DNA of 64,000 bases from a virus: the IMG/VR virus record IMGVR_UViG_3300045988_122168; one strand, written 5' to 3'. Each line of letters begins with the position of its first letter. Position 1 is the stretch's first letter. A program made the translations under genes and the position numbers. The notes beneath the pieces were generated by a model. The model was given only the letters and a program-made list of their open reading frames with translations. It made no database searches and was not told the DNA's origin. Positions 53,943-61,957 of this stretch are shown here, piece by piece.

Positions 53943-55304
53943 TTATTGTTGTTCATCGTTCAATAGGAGTTTTGCGATACGGCGTACCAATGTTACATTT
54001 ATAGCATTACCCAAGGCCTCTAAAGTTCGTGTAGATGAAAGCGAGCTAAAATTCAAGTCTTGCATACCTTGAATTGCAGCGGCTTCACGGATTGTCATAT
54101 AGCGACCTTTATTGGGCTCTCCCTCAGATAGAATCTCAGCGGGTAATTTTACCCATGGAAAAATAGGAATTTGAGTACCTACCAAATTTAGTGCAGGTGC
54201 GAAATTGGGTAGTTTTACACGAATACCCGAAGCTCTGAATTGGATAATTTTATCTTCAAGTGTAGGAGTAGCCGTAATACCGCAATTCCATTCCATTTTC
54301 AAATGGCTATTTTCAAAATTGCGAATTTTTTCAATCCACGGATCAAGCCATGATTTGTTTCGTTCATAAAATTTGCGGTTTTGTTCGATATATCTTATTT
54401 TCCAATTTGGAAATATTAGTGAAGTTGTGGTTTGAGCATAGTTGGGTAACTGTGCTATGCAAGCCTCTTTTGTCAGTCCATTTATGGGTTGCCCCAATTT
54501 TCCTAGCTTGCCTTGCAAATTTTCAAGAGATTGGAATACAGGGGCTTTATTTTTGAAATCATATGTGGCTCCAAATTCCATGGCCCATATAGGGAATGAC
54601 GGTATAGTATCGCCGTGCGCGATAGTTTGGTCAATGAACTCTTGCCAAACTTCAAGTTGAAGCCTTGTTTCAGGTTTTAGCTTTGTGATATTAGTATCGC
54701 TCGCATCAATAACCTTATTGATGTCGCAAAAACGCGATGCGCCTTTCTGAGCAACAGGGAAACGAAAATGGTCTAAAGAACCTTTTTCATTGGCAATAGC
54801 AACAATGAAAATTCTTTTTCGATGTTGGGGAAGTCCAAATTGATGTGGTGAAAGAATGTCAGCTTTCACATCATAATTTAGCGCAGCTAACTTTTCTTGT
54901 ATTACTTTCCATGTATTACCGTTGTCGTGATTCTTGAGGTTTTGCACATTTTCGAGTAAAAGATATTTGGGTCTATGTTCAGCAACGATGGCACAAATAT
55001 AGTCGAATAACGCACCTCTCTGTTTAGTGTCATTAAAACCTTCTCTTTTGCCTGCTTGACTAAACGGTTGACAAGGGAAGCCTGCACATACAATATCATG
55101 TGGAGGTATGTCTTCCGGGTTGATCTTTGTTATATCGCCATAAATTGGGGTCTCTGGAAAATTTAAAGCATATAATTTTCTTAAATCATCTTTAATTTCA
55201 GAAGCAAAGACGCACTTACACCCTAATTGCTGCAAGGCGAGGTGAAAGCCCCCAAGTCCGGCGAACAAATCAATGAATGTATATTGTTGTTTATTATTTT
55301 TCAT
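53943..55304 (-). CDS. DNA (cytosine-5)-methyltransferase
   Basis: ATG 55304 (track start 55313 is TTG). Motif I FIDLFAGLGGF, motif IV GFPCQPFSQAG, motif VI LLENV, motif VIII QHRKRIFIV, motif X GNAINV. Confidence 0.9.
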   Translation of the reverse strand: MKNNKQQYTFIDLFAGLGGFHLALQQLGCKCVFASEIKDDLRKLYALNFPETPIYGDITKINPEDIPPHDIVCAGFPCQPFSQAGKREGFNDTKQRGALFDYICAIVAEHRPKYLLLENVQNLKNHDNGNTWKVIQEKLAALNYDVKADILSPHQFGLPQHRKRIFIVAIANEKGSLDHFRFPVAQKGASRFCDINKVIDASDTNITKLKPETRLQLEVWQEFIDQTIAHGDTIPSFPIWAMEFGATYDFKNKAPVFQSLENLQGKLGKLGQPINGLTKEACIAQLPNYAQTTTSLIFPNWKIRYIEQNRKFYERNKSWLDPWIEKIRNFENSHLKMEWNCGITATPTLEDKIIQFRASGIRVKLPNFAPALNLVGTQIPIFPWVKLPAEILSEGEPNKGRYMTIREAAAIQGMQDLNFSSLSSTRTLEALGNAINVTLVRRIAKLLLNDEQQ

Positions 55305-55500
55305 CACTATCAATTAAATCTTTGGGATCTACTTGAAGAATTTTTGCAATTTCGAAAAGCACTTCTAGACTTGGCTGTCGTCGATTACATACGTAGGAAT
55401 TGACAATACAGAAACTTTTTCCAAGTTTCTCTGCCAGCCAGGTCTGTTTGATGCCTTTCTCTTCAAGCACCTCTTTGATTCTATTCATGGGTTTATCCAT
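55294..55500 (-). CDS. Xre-family HTH protein (68 aa), controller-protein-like position
   Basis: ATG 55500 (MDKPMNRIKEVLEEKGIKQTWLAEKLGKSFCIVNSYVCNRRQPSLEVLFEIAKIL). Overlaps the methyltransferase start by 11 nt. The upstream part of the track ORF looks non-coding. Confidence 0.75.
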   Translation of the reverse strand: MDKPMNRIKEVLEEKGIKQTWLAEKLGKSFCIVNSYVCNRRQPSLEVLFEIAKILQVDPKDLIDSDEK

Positions 55501-55691
55501 ACTGTGTATAGATTGATTTATTTGAGATGCGAAGATATAAAATATTATGCAATAAAAAGATAAAAGCAGGAGATTTTTTCCGTTCACTATGATATTTCTA
55601 TGATTAAATACCGAAGAAAGTTTTAAATCGATTCTTTTAGTTCGTTTTTAGGTTAATTTGAACTTTAGTTTAGTCAATAGATTTTCCAGAT

Positions 55692-56144
55692 TTATAATGT
55701 AAAGGTGTGAAATGAAAACAACATCCAAACAAGTGCAAAGAAAACGGCTTTATTACAGTGGTTTATAAGGGTGTTGTTATTTGCAGTTGTTTTCATTGTT
55801 TGCAGTTGTTTGGTTCTTTTTTGGTGCATAGATGCTAATTTTCCGGCAGCACCCTTGTATAATTTAGCCGAAACAGCATCTAATCGTTGTTGATGATTAA
55901 CTGTTGTCAAATAGTTCCCGTATATATCCAAAAGCTTGATATAATCTTCATACTTCCTACACTTTTCCATCTCCCAAAGAATCATTTCAGCTTTCAACGG
56001 ATCACTTGACAACCATTCCAAACGATCCTCCAAAGCAATCCGTTCTTTTTCACCACCACAAGCAAAAGTTGTATAACGTTGTAAATAATCGTAGCCATAA
56101 GGTTGTCTTAATATAGAAGCATCCGATAACTTTCCTTTTTCCAC
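55692..56144 (-). CDS. hypothetical protein (150 aa), GTG start, possibly a truncated remnant
   Basis: There is no in-frame ATG near the start. The frame is open for 18 codons upstream of the GTG, with no start codon among them. Hydrophobic C-terminus. AT-rich like the adjacent methyltransferase cassette. Confidence 0.4.
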   Translation of the reverse strand: MEKGKLSDASILRQPYGYDYLQRYTTFACGGEKERIALEDRLEWLSSDPLKAEMILWEMEKCRKYEDYIKLLDIYGNYLTTVNHQQRLDAVSAKLYKGAAGKLASMHQKRTKQLQTMKTTANNNTLINHCNKAVFFALVWMLFSFHTFTL

Positions 56145-56698
56145 GATTGTTTTATAATATTCCGGATAATCTGCTGGAGTCGGAACGCTGGAAACTACTT
56201 AAAAACTATGATACAAAAATGAAATATGAGTTTACTTTCACTCAAAGTTAATACTTTTCCTTACTAATTCAAAGAACATGGCGATTCTTTACCTTGCATG
56301 ATACCCACTGCCACCCTAAAGCCTTAACATCTTCTCTACTATATATACTACATATATACTAGATGTACTATATATAGTTTAGCATACTACTACCATAATT
56401 GTATATATGATAGGAGGAGATGCAAGAAGGGAAGAACGAGAACCAGCATGGTTATGATGAGTCTCATCACTAGAGACCATCGTGGCTTGATCCTGACCCT
56501 ACCTTGAAAGGGGAGTTAGTATAATAGTCTCTCGACCATGCAAAGGACCAAGTTGTCGTCGTCCGGCATTGCTTGGATTTCCTCGGGATCATCACCGTCA
56601 GTTGGAACTTTTGGGCCGGCTTGAATATTCAAGAGTGATTGCCCGGGGGAGGGGTGGTTCCAAAATAACCCTCGTTACTTCCCTCCTTGCCGGGCATT

Positions 56699-56742
56699 AA
56701 AAAACCCGGCCTTGAGCCACTCCTTTCAAGTACCGGGGTTTT
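56699..56742 (-). terminator. strong hairpin with U-tracts on both strands (terminator after 56830..57282)
   Basis: CCCGG-CCTTGA...TCAAG-TA-CCGGG composite stem (56705-56737), flanked by A6 (56699-56704) and T4 (56739-56742). In the leftward sense it is followed by U6. Confidence 0.55.
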
Positions 56743-56817
56743 CTACTTAATATATGATTAGTAGGAAAAAGTTTATCATGTCATCGTTACTTTATTTGGA
56801 GTGGCGCAGTAACAGTG

Positions 56818-56825
56818 CAAATATA
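56818..56825 (-). promoter_or_regulatory. -7 promoter box TATATTTG (leftward) facing the ORF-free region
   Basis: Exact minus-strand TATATTTG, 5 nt after the stop of 56830..57282. Flanks resemble the 1201-1208 box. Confidence 0.4.
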
Positions 56826-56829
56826 CGAC

Positions 56830-57282
56830 TTAATCTTTAAATTCCAACTTTCGTTGCAAATCTTTTTCGTCCTCCCCCACCGCTTTTTCAACTTCTTCCT
56901 CGAAATCCTTGGTGTCTTTCTTCTTGAGGGTTGGATCGGATACCCATTCAAGGGCGTAGAATCCCTTGTAGTACTCGATACCTTTCACGGGTTCTAGCCG
57001 GTACCTCCCCACTCGATCTTTCTTCTCTATATCGTTCATCGTGAACATCTTTGAAGCATTCACGTAAGCCGATCCTGCCTTGCTCCGTTTTATCTTGAAC
57101 GATTCGTTATCGTTCCTCGTGAACTTGAAATATAACCTTTCGTCATTCCCCATGCCTATGGTGATACCGTCATACTTGGAGAAGTAATCCATCGTCTCCT
57201 TGTATATACTTACCATCCCGTTGCCGTATATGCCAACGTACAGTTCAGATGGTATGTTCTTGAAAATCTTGATGTTTAACAT
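56830..57282 (-). CDS. hypothetical protein (150 aa)
   Basis: ATG ORF. No motif recognised. Confidence 0.6.
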   Translation of the reverse strand: MLNIKIFKNIPSELYVGIYGNGMVSIYKETMDYFSKYDGITIGMGNDERLYFKFTRNDNESFKIKRSKAGSAYVNASKMFTMNDIEKKDRVGRYRLEPVKGIEYYKGFYALEWVSDPTLKKKDTKDFEEEVEKAVGEDEKDLQRKLEFKD

Positions 57283-57518
57283 GGTTCGCTTTCTTTTTGT
57301 TTATTTATATTCTCTATTAATATTTCCACGAAAGTTCGGGCGGGGGTGGAAAATGAGATGTGTTCGTGAAGGCTTCGCAAGCAATATAGTTCCACCCCAT
57401 CCCCCGCGCATATCCTGATGATATCTGCCATCGCTTTTATAACCTCCAAGTTCCTGAGATTTTCCATCGAGTTATACACGAAACAATGTTTCAGTTTTTC
57501 TATCTCATCTGGTTTCAT
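57276..57518 (-). CDS. hypothetical protein (80 aa)
   Basis: ATG ORF overlapping its neighbours in a packed operon. Confidence 0.5.
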   Translation of the reverse strand: MKPDEIEKLKHCFVYNSMENLRNLEVIKAMADIIRICAGDGVELYCLRSLHEHISFSTPARTFVEILIENINKQKESEPC

Positions 57519-57804
57519 AATTATCCGGTATTAAAAATTCAACTTTATTTTTCTCGCATATCTTGACGAAGTTTTCCTCTATCGAGAGGGATGGGTTTGC
57601 CAGTTCGAGGTTGCTCATCGTTATCGGAATCCCCCCCACCCTGTACTCGTACCATCCACGTAACAAGGACTTGTACGATGAATCAACGCTGAAATAGGTT
57701 CTGGCGATGATCCCTACCCATCCCTCGTCAAGTAATTTCTTGAGTAACAGGTAGTCTTTGCTCCAAGCGTACTCGGCTACCTTGTTTAATTCGATCACGT
57801 TCAT
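57505..57804 (-). CDS. hypothetical protein (99 aa)
   Basis: ATG ORF in a packed operon. Confidence 0.55.
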   Translation of the reverse strand: MNVIELNKVAEYAWSKDYLLLKKLLDEGWVGIIARTYFSVDSSYKSLLRGWYEYRVGGIPITMSNLELANPSLSIEENFVKICEKNKVEFLIPDNYETR

Positions 57805-57815
57805 GATAGTGGTAT

Positions 57816-58229
57816 TTATATTCTATCTTTAATTATATGACAAGCCTCTTGCAAAGCATATTCCATAGTATCATCGTATTCTTCATATGATTTACTGCAA
57901 CATGAAATTACTGTTACTTCCCCTATATGTAAGGTATTACATATCTCGTACCAATATCCAATATCGTCTATTTGTATTGTGACAAATAAATTATGCTTTT
58001 CCCTTAACCACCTTAATAAAGCGGTTTGGGTGGGGGCGGGTACACAATCAACGGGTAACGTTGCACGAGATGTTTCAAGGTATTCTACTGATATGGGGAT
58101 GGGTGGGGATATTAATATCGTGCTAGGTATAAGCTCGTTTTCACCATGATTGTAGAAATGTAATACCTTCCCGTCAAACCCCACCTCCATCGCCAGTTTT
58201 GCCGTTTCAAGACTTACTATTTGATCCAT
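57816..58229 (-). CDS. hypothetical protein (137 aa)
   Basis: ATG ORF in a packed operon. Confidence 0.55.
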   Translation of the reverse strand: MDQIVSLETAKLAMEVGFDGKVLHFYNHGENELIPSTILISPPIPISVEYLETSRATLPVDCVPAPTQTALLRWLREKHNLFVTIQIDDIGYWYEICNTLHIGEVTVISCCSKSYEEYDDTMEYALQEACHIIKDRI

Positions 58230-58231
58230 AA

Positions 58232-58486
58232 CTATATTTCTTGTTTAAGTTTCTTTACTATCCACTCCCCGAAGTCATCTTGTATTTTAGCAGCTTCCCC
58301 GTATGGCAGGTTTAAAGCCCCCTCCCCGGTTAAGTGTCCCCATCCACGGATAAGCATGACATTTATGCCATCTATGGTTACTTGCCCGGATGGACTGTAC
58401 TTTACTTCTCTCTTTACTGACTTGTCTGTCCTGCTATTAAGAATGTCAAGTATCAATTGCTTGGATTCTTGTGGTATTTTCACCAT
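58232..58486 (-). CDS. hypothetical protein (84 aa as drawn; probably the 3' part of a longer frameshifted gene starting at 58578)
   Basis: ATG ORF. A 94-nt gap lies upstream, which is unusual in this block. An ATG at 58578, 2 nt after the upstream stop, reads into a C8 tract and would join this frame after a -1 shift or with one extra C. Confidence 0.55.
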   Translation of the reverse strand: MVKIPQESKQLILDILNSRTDKSVKREVKYSPSGQVTIDGINVMLIRGWGHLTGEGALNLPYGEAAKIQDDFGEWIVKKLKQEI

Positions 58487-58546
58487 CCAATCAAAGCATC
58501 GTACTCCTTCTCTGGTACTGACCCCTATCCCGAAATGGTCGTGGAA

Positions 58547-58554
58547 GGGGGGGG
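58547..58554 (-). repeat. C8 homopolymer (G8 on plus strand) at an ORF junction
   Basis: Counted directly: gtggaaGGGGGGGGcttg. Confidence 0.9.
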
Positions 58555-58580
58555 CTTGTATATCTCGTCAAATTTCATAT

Positions 58581-58820
58581 CTATTCCTGTTTATCTGTTT
58601 CTTCTACTTCAATGAATATCACGTCGTTGTTGTCTGTTCTAGTTAATTTACTGCAATAACCAACTACATAATCAGTAAGAAAATCGCATCCATATTCTGC
58701 AAATGGTTGCAAGAAACAGTTTGTACAATAATTTCCCTCCCCCTCCACGCACTTCAACGTCTTGAGTCCAAACTGGAAGGTTTCGCCTACTTTATATTCT
58801 GTCTTTGCCATGATCACCAT
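58581..58820 (-). CDS. hypothetical Cys-rich protein (79 aa)
   Basis: ATG ORF with CVEGEGNYCTNC..C spacing (possible zinc ribbon). Confidence 0.5.
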   Translation of the reverse strand: MVIMAKTEYKVGETFQFGLKTLKCVEGEGNYCTNCFLQPFAEYGCDFLTDYVVGYCSKLTRTDNNDVIFIEVEETDKQE

Positions 58821-59125
58821 TCTATTTTTTGAAATTCTTGCTTACCTATCCAATCAAATTCACAATCATATGGCCATTCTTCTTCATCGCAATCATCAGG
58901 ACATTCATCAGTATGAACGTGATAATCTTCCTTTTTCTCCAAGACAATAACGTTTGACTTGTATTGAATTTCAGCGATGTAATTTCTCCCCTCTATCGCC
59001 TCCTCGGAAATCCCTTCATAATCATTTTCGGTAAGCCATTCTTCTGCTTCTTTTATCGTCTTAAATTCTTGATATTCTCCATTAGCGGCATCGTATGCCA
59101 CATATCTATATCCTTTGTTGTACAT
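58814..59125 (-). CDS. hypothetical acidic protein (103 aa)
   Basis: ATG ORF in a packed operon. Confidence 0.55.
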   Translation of the reverse strand: MYNKGYRYVAYDAANGEYQEFKTIKEAEEWLTENDYEGISEEAIEGRNYIAEIQYKSNVIVLEKKEDYHVHTDECPDDCDEEEWPYDCEFDWIGKQEFQKIEW

Positions 59126-59135
59126 GATTAAAATA

Positions 59136-59279
59136 CTATTTTTGGTCCAAATTATTGAATGAATTTCTTAGGATTAATATTGTAGTTATCCCTCTAAAAT
59201 CTGGATTATTCTCCTTTAATTCTAGCCATAATTCTTTATGATTTGGCAAGTATCTATCTAAAAATTCATCTAGTTTCAT
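59136..59279 (-). CDS. 47-aa mini-protein (below track cutoff)
   Basis: ATG..TAG: MKLDEFLDRYLPNHKELWLELKENNPDFRGITTILILRNSFNNLDQK. Fills the gap between two genes. Confidence 0.35.
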   Translation of the reverse strand: MKLDEFLDRYLPNHKELWLELKENNPDFRGITTILILRNSFNNLDQK

Positions 59280-59299
59280 AATCTTCCTGTTACTTTTTC

Positions 59300-60286
59300 T
59301 TAGTTATCGTTCTTCCCATTCTCTTGTCTCTTGATTATGTATTCTACCGCCTCTTCCGGGTTCATGTGTTTTCTAGCCACTTCGAAAGCCTCGTGTATCA
59401 ATAGCGTGTCAAGATATTTAACCTTCGAGGTGGGGGAGAGTTTCCTGAAATCAAATATCTCGTATCTATCATGAGTGGTGACAAGGGAGAATAACGATTC
59501 TTGAACTTCATCGGATAATTTAGAAAAATTTCTATGGAAGAAATCTTTAATGCCACCATTGCTTCCATCCAACCTGTTAACAAGTATTTTAGCGATGTTG
59601 TTCAAGAGGTCATCGTCTATCTTTAAATACTTGTCAATACTGGCCAGTATTACCCACTCCCCCCTCTTCTCTCTTATCGTTTTAAGTATCTCTTCTTTCA
59701 CGTCCGGGTCGTTAATGTAAGGACTCTTGCACCACTCGCAAAGGGGATACCCGTCAAGGTGTGTGTAATTGCTACATCCCCACTCGTAATTCTCACCGTT
59801 AACAAGATTCTTTGGCTTGCGAACGAAATCCATTAAATCGCTCTTACACAGGTGTACAGGTAAAATGTAGTCATTCAATAACTTGATAGCTTGATTCAAT
59901 CCAAGTTCCTTGAACACTTTTCCAAGAATAATACTGTTATCGTAATAGTTTACGATTAACGCTTCAATGAAACTACCGTATGATGTTACGCACACTGATC
60001 GAGTGGGGGAGCATCCTATCGTGTGCATAATATCACTAATCAGGTTGTAACAGTGTTTCACATCGTTAATGTCCTTGTCTCTCTCCCACCTCTTTTTTAT
60101 TAATTCCAAGATGAAATTAGCGTTATCATCGTGATCTCGTTTACCTCGTAATTCCTTGATTTTAGAGTTGGCGTTCTCTAGCCTTAATTCAAGGTTAGCG
60201 ATTCGCTTGTCTTTCTCGCTAACGAGCGTCTTGATGTTATCGTTAACAAGCTCGTTAACATCCAGTGTTAAATAGTTTTCTTCCAT
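59300..60286 (-). CDS. hypothetical protein (328 aa)
   Basis: ATG ORF with an N-terminal coiled coil. No motif recognised. Confidence 0.65.
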   Translation of the reverse strand: MEENYLTLDVNELVNDNIKTLVSEKDKRIANLELRLENANSKIKELRGKRDHDDNANFILELIKKRWERDKDINDVKHCYNLISDIMHTIGCSPTRSVCVTSYGSFIEALIVNYYDNSIILGKVFKELGLNQAIKLLNDYILPVHLCKSDLMDFVRKPKNLVNGENYEWGCSNYTHLDGYPLCEWCKSPYINDPDVKEEILKTIREKRGEWVILASIDKYLKIDDDLLNNIAKILVNRLDGSNGGIKDFFHRNFSKLSDEVQESLFSLVTTHDRYEIFDFRKLSPTSKVKYLDTLLIHEAFEVARKHMNPEEAVEYIIKRQENGKNDN

Positions 60287-60303
60287 TGCAGATAGTGGTA
60301 ATT

Positions 60304-60426
60304 TTAATATGTGTTATCGTAATAATCACTCCCGTTCTTTAGTATCTGGATTATTGATATAACAAAGAACGCTACTATTAAGGAGGTGATCGGGTACTCG
60401 TTAATTAACTCGAAGAAATCTCTCAT
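60304..60426 (-). CDS. 40-aa single-pass membrane mini-protein (below track cutoff)
   Basis: MRDFFELINEYPITSLIVAFFVISIIQILKNGSDYYDNTY. ATGA overlap with the upstream mini-ORF. Confidence 0.4.
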   Translation of the reverse strand: MRDFFELINEYPITSLIVAFFVISIIQILKNGSDYYDNTY

Positions 60427-60545
60427 CTCTCGGGTATTTTAGTGTTGTTCACTTCTCTCAACCACTTCCGGTAGGACTTGATCTTGTCCCCCACCCCGTA
60501 AAGTCGTAGCATGGCAACGTGCCACTCGTACAACTGCCTTTTCAT
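60423..60545 (-). CDS. 40-aa basic mini-protein (below track cutoff)
   Basis: MKRQLYEWHVAMLRLYGVGDKIKSYRKWLREVNNTKIPER. Starts 16 nt after the upstream stop. Confidence 0.4.
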   Translation of the reverse strand: MKRQLYEWHVAMLRLYGVGDKIKSYRKWLREVNNTKIPER

Positions 60546-60561
60546 TCGTTTATTCTTGATC

Positions 60562-61146
60562 CTAGTCCTCATGTTCTTCCGGCTTTTTTGTTGTTCCTAG
60601 TAGATGCTCGTTACCCTCGTAGGGAATCCATTTATTCCATGCCAGTCCACCTACACTTGTCATCGAACCATCGAGTTCATACCCGAATTGAACGAGGGTC
60701 CAACGTTCCGTATCTCTAAATTTAGCGAGGCATAAATCCAGAGGTTTAAACACGTGTTCCGGCTCTTTCTTCACGTCTTCAACTCGTTTCGTTTCCGGGT
60801 TCCATGTATACCCGTTTTCTTTCAACAACTCGTGAATCAACTCTATCTCGGAGAGGGTGGAGGGTCTAATTACTTCTACTCCAAATCCATCATCACAATA
60901 TGAATTGAAGCGTAAATCCTTGTCAATCGTGTTAAAAAACACGTGATAATGGACTGGATTCGTTGTTCCTTTCATGTAGGACTTGTAAATAAGAACGTAC
61001 GTGTACTCTTTTGTTTCGATAGTCACGTATTGCCCTTCCTCGTAGGTCAAGTACCAGGGCAATTCAAGGCATAAATTCAATCCAGTTTCCTTTTTCATGT
61101 CATATAAACCCGTCGTGGTAAATGAACGAGCGTGCGAGGTATTCAA
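60562..61146 (-). CDS. hypothetical protein (194 aa from the TTG start; an alternative ATG at 61098 would give 178 aa)
   Basis: This frame stays open upstream through a T9 tract, where it meets the 61154..61309 ORF. See findings. Confidence 0.6.
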   Translation of the reverse strand: MNTSHARSFTTTGLYDMKKETGLNLCLELPWYLTYEEGQYVTIETKEYTYVLIYKSYMKGTTNPVHYHVFFNTIDKDLRFNSYCDDGFGVEVIRPSTLSEIELIHELLKENGYTWNPETKRVEDVKKEPEHVFKPLDLCLAKFRDTERWTLVQFGYELDGSMTSVGGLAWNKWIPYEGNEHLLGTTKKPEEHED

Positions 61147-61153
61147 TTGTTCA

Positions 61154-61309
61154 TCAAAAAAAAACGCCTACCAGTGGATAATCACCCTTGGCGTCCCACT
61201 TGACTATCTCGTACTCGTTTTTATAACTATCTATTATTATCCCCTCCACTTCACCGTTCTGGATTTTCTTCGCCATTTCTAAATCGAATGGAATTGTAAC
61301 TGTTTTCAT
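61154..61309 (-). CDS. 51-aa protein (below track cutoff), possibly the 5' part of a frameshifted longer gene
   Basis: MKTVTIPFDLEMAKKIQNGEVEGIIIDSYKNEYEIVKWDAKGDYPLVGVFF. ATGA overlap with the upstream stop. Ends inside a T9 tract. Confidence 0.5.
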   Translation of the reverse strand: MKTVTIPFDLEMAKKIQNGEVEGIIIDSYKNEYEIVKWDAKGDYPLVGVFF

Positions 61310-61602
61310 AATATTTCAATTATAGGGTATTCAAAATCAACATCAAAATACATTTTTATCTTGTGCGTGTAACACAAGTCCACGAGTTCGGCGTACTTCA
61401 ACTCTATCGTGTACACGAGCATGGATCGCCTGGGACGGTTCGGGACCTCCTCTATTCTCAGGTCAAGGAGAGGGGGTTTGCATCTCTCGATAGCCTTCAT
61501 CGCTATCTCCCGGTCGTTGTCATCCCCCACCTCGTACTCGGTATGGTATGCGTACAGGTAATCGTTCCTTTTACTCGTTACCATGAACTTCTGTGTCTCC
61601 AT
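61306..61602 (-). CDS. hypothetical protein (98 aa)
   Basis: ATG ORF in a packed operon. Confidence 0.55.
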   Translation of the reverse strand: METQKFMVTSKRNDYLYAYHTEYEVGDDNDREIAMKAIERCKPPLLDLRIEEVPNRPRRSMLVYTIELKYAELVDLCYTHKIKMYFDVDFEYPIIEIL

Positions 61603-61957
61603 AAGTTTGCAGTTTACGTTTGTGAAATTCTATCATGCACCTCGCCACCCTCTCCTTGTCACCCTCCATGAGGCATCCGAAATCGAAAACCTCTTTCATG
61701 ATCTCGTTGCAGAGGGCCTCGTCATTCCTTAACTTCCTCCCGTGCGTTTCCATGAACACGCCGAAGGTGAGGCTGGGCTGCACTAGCTCTGTTGTCGTCT
61801 TGTATTTTTTCAAGTCCATGCTCACGTGAATGCATCTAGCCTTGCAACCAACCGTTAATTTTTTCTTAATAGTTGACGTGTTCTTGTACCCGTGAGCGTC
61901 CAGCAATGATTGCAACTCTATAAGTTGAGTTATGTTTCCTCTTATCGTGTGTATCAT
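61571..61957 (-). CDS. hypothetical protein (128 aa)
   Basis: ATG ORF in a packed operon. Confidence 0.55.
   Translation of the reverse strand: MIHTIRGNITQLIELQSLLDAHGYKNTSTIKKKLTVGCKARCIHVSMDLKKYKTTTELVQPSLTFGVFMETHGRKLRNDEALCNEIMKEVFDFGCLMEGDKERVARCMIEFHKRKLQTYGDTEVHGNE

Larger units (their letters stand above)
56145..56829 (-). ncRNA. long ORF-free, hairpin-dense region (paralog of 369..991); strand inferred
   Basis: The track has no ORF on either strand across most of this region (only the first few codons of a plus-strand ORF antisense to the 56830..57282 gene reach in, from 56815). Long stems include GCCCGG..GGAGGG / CCCTCC..CCGGGC (56641-56696), CTTGAATATTCAAG (56610-56623) and the AAAACCCGG / CCGGGGTTTT hairpin (56701-56742). 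Shares motifs and order with 369-991. Confidence 0.3.

Noticed and set aside
53871-56192. 8-mer AGCGTTCC (also present in the repeated element) found in inverted orientation near both ends of the AT-rich methyltransferase island, as possible island termini.
   Set aside because: An 8-mer is expected by chance about twice in a window this size (both strands). There is no extended repeat around either site.
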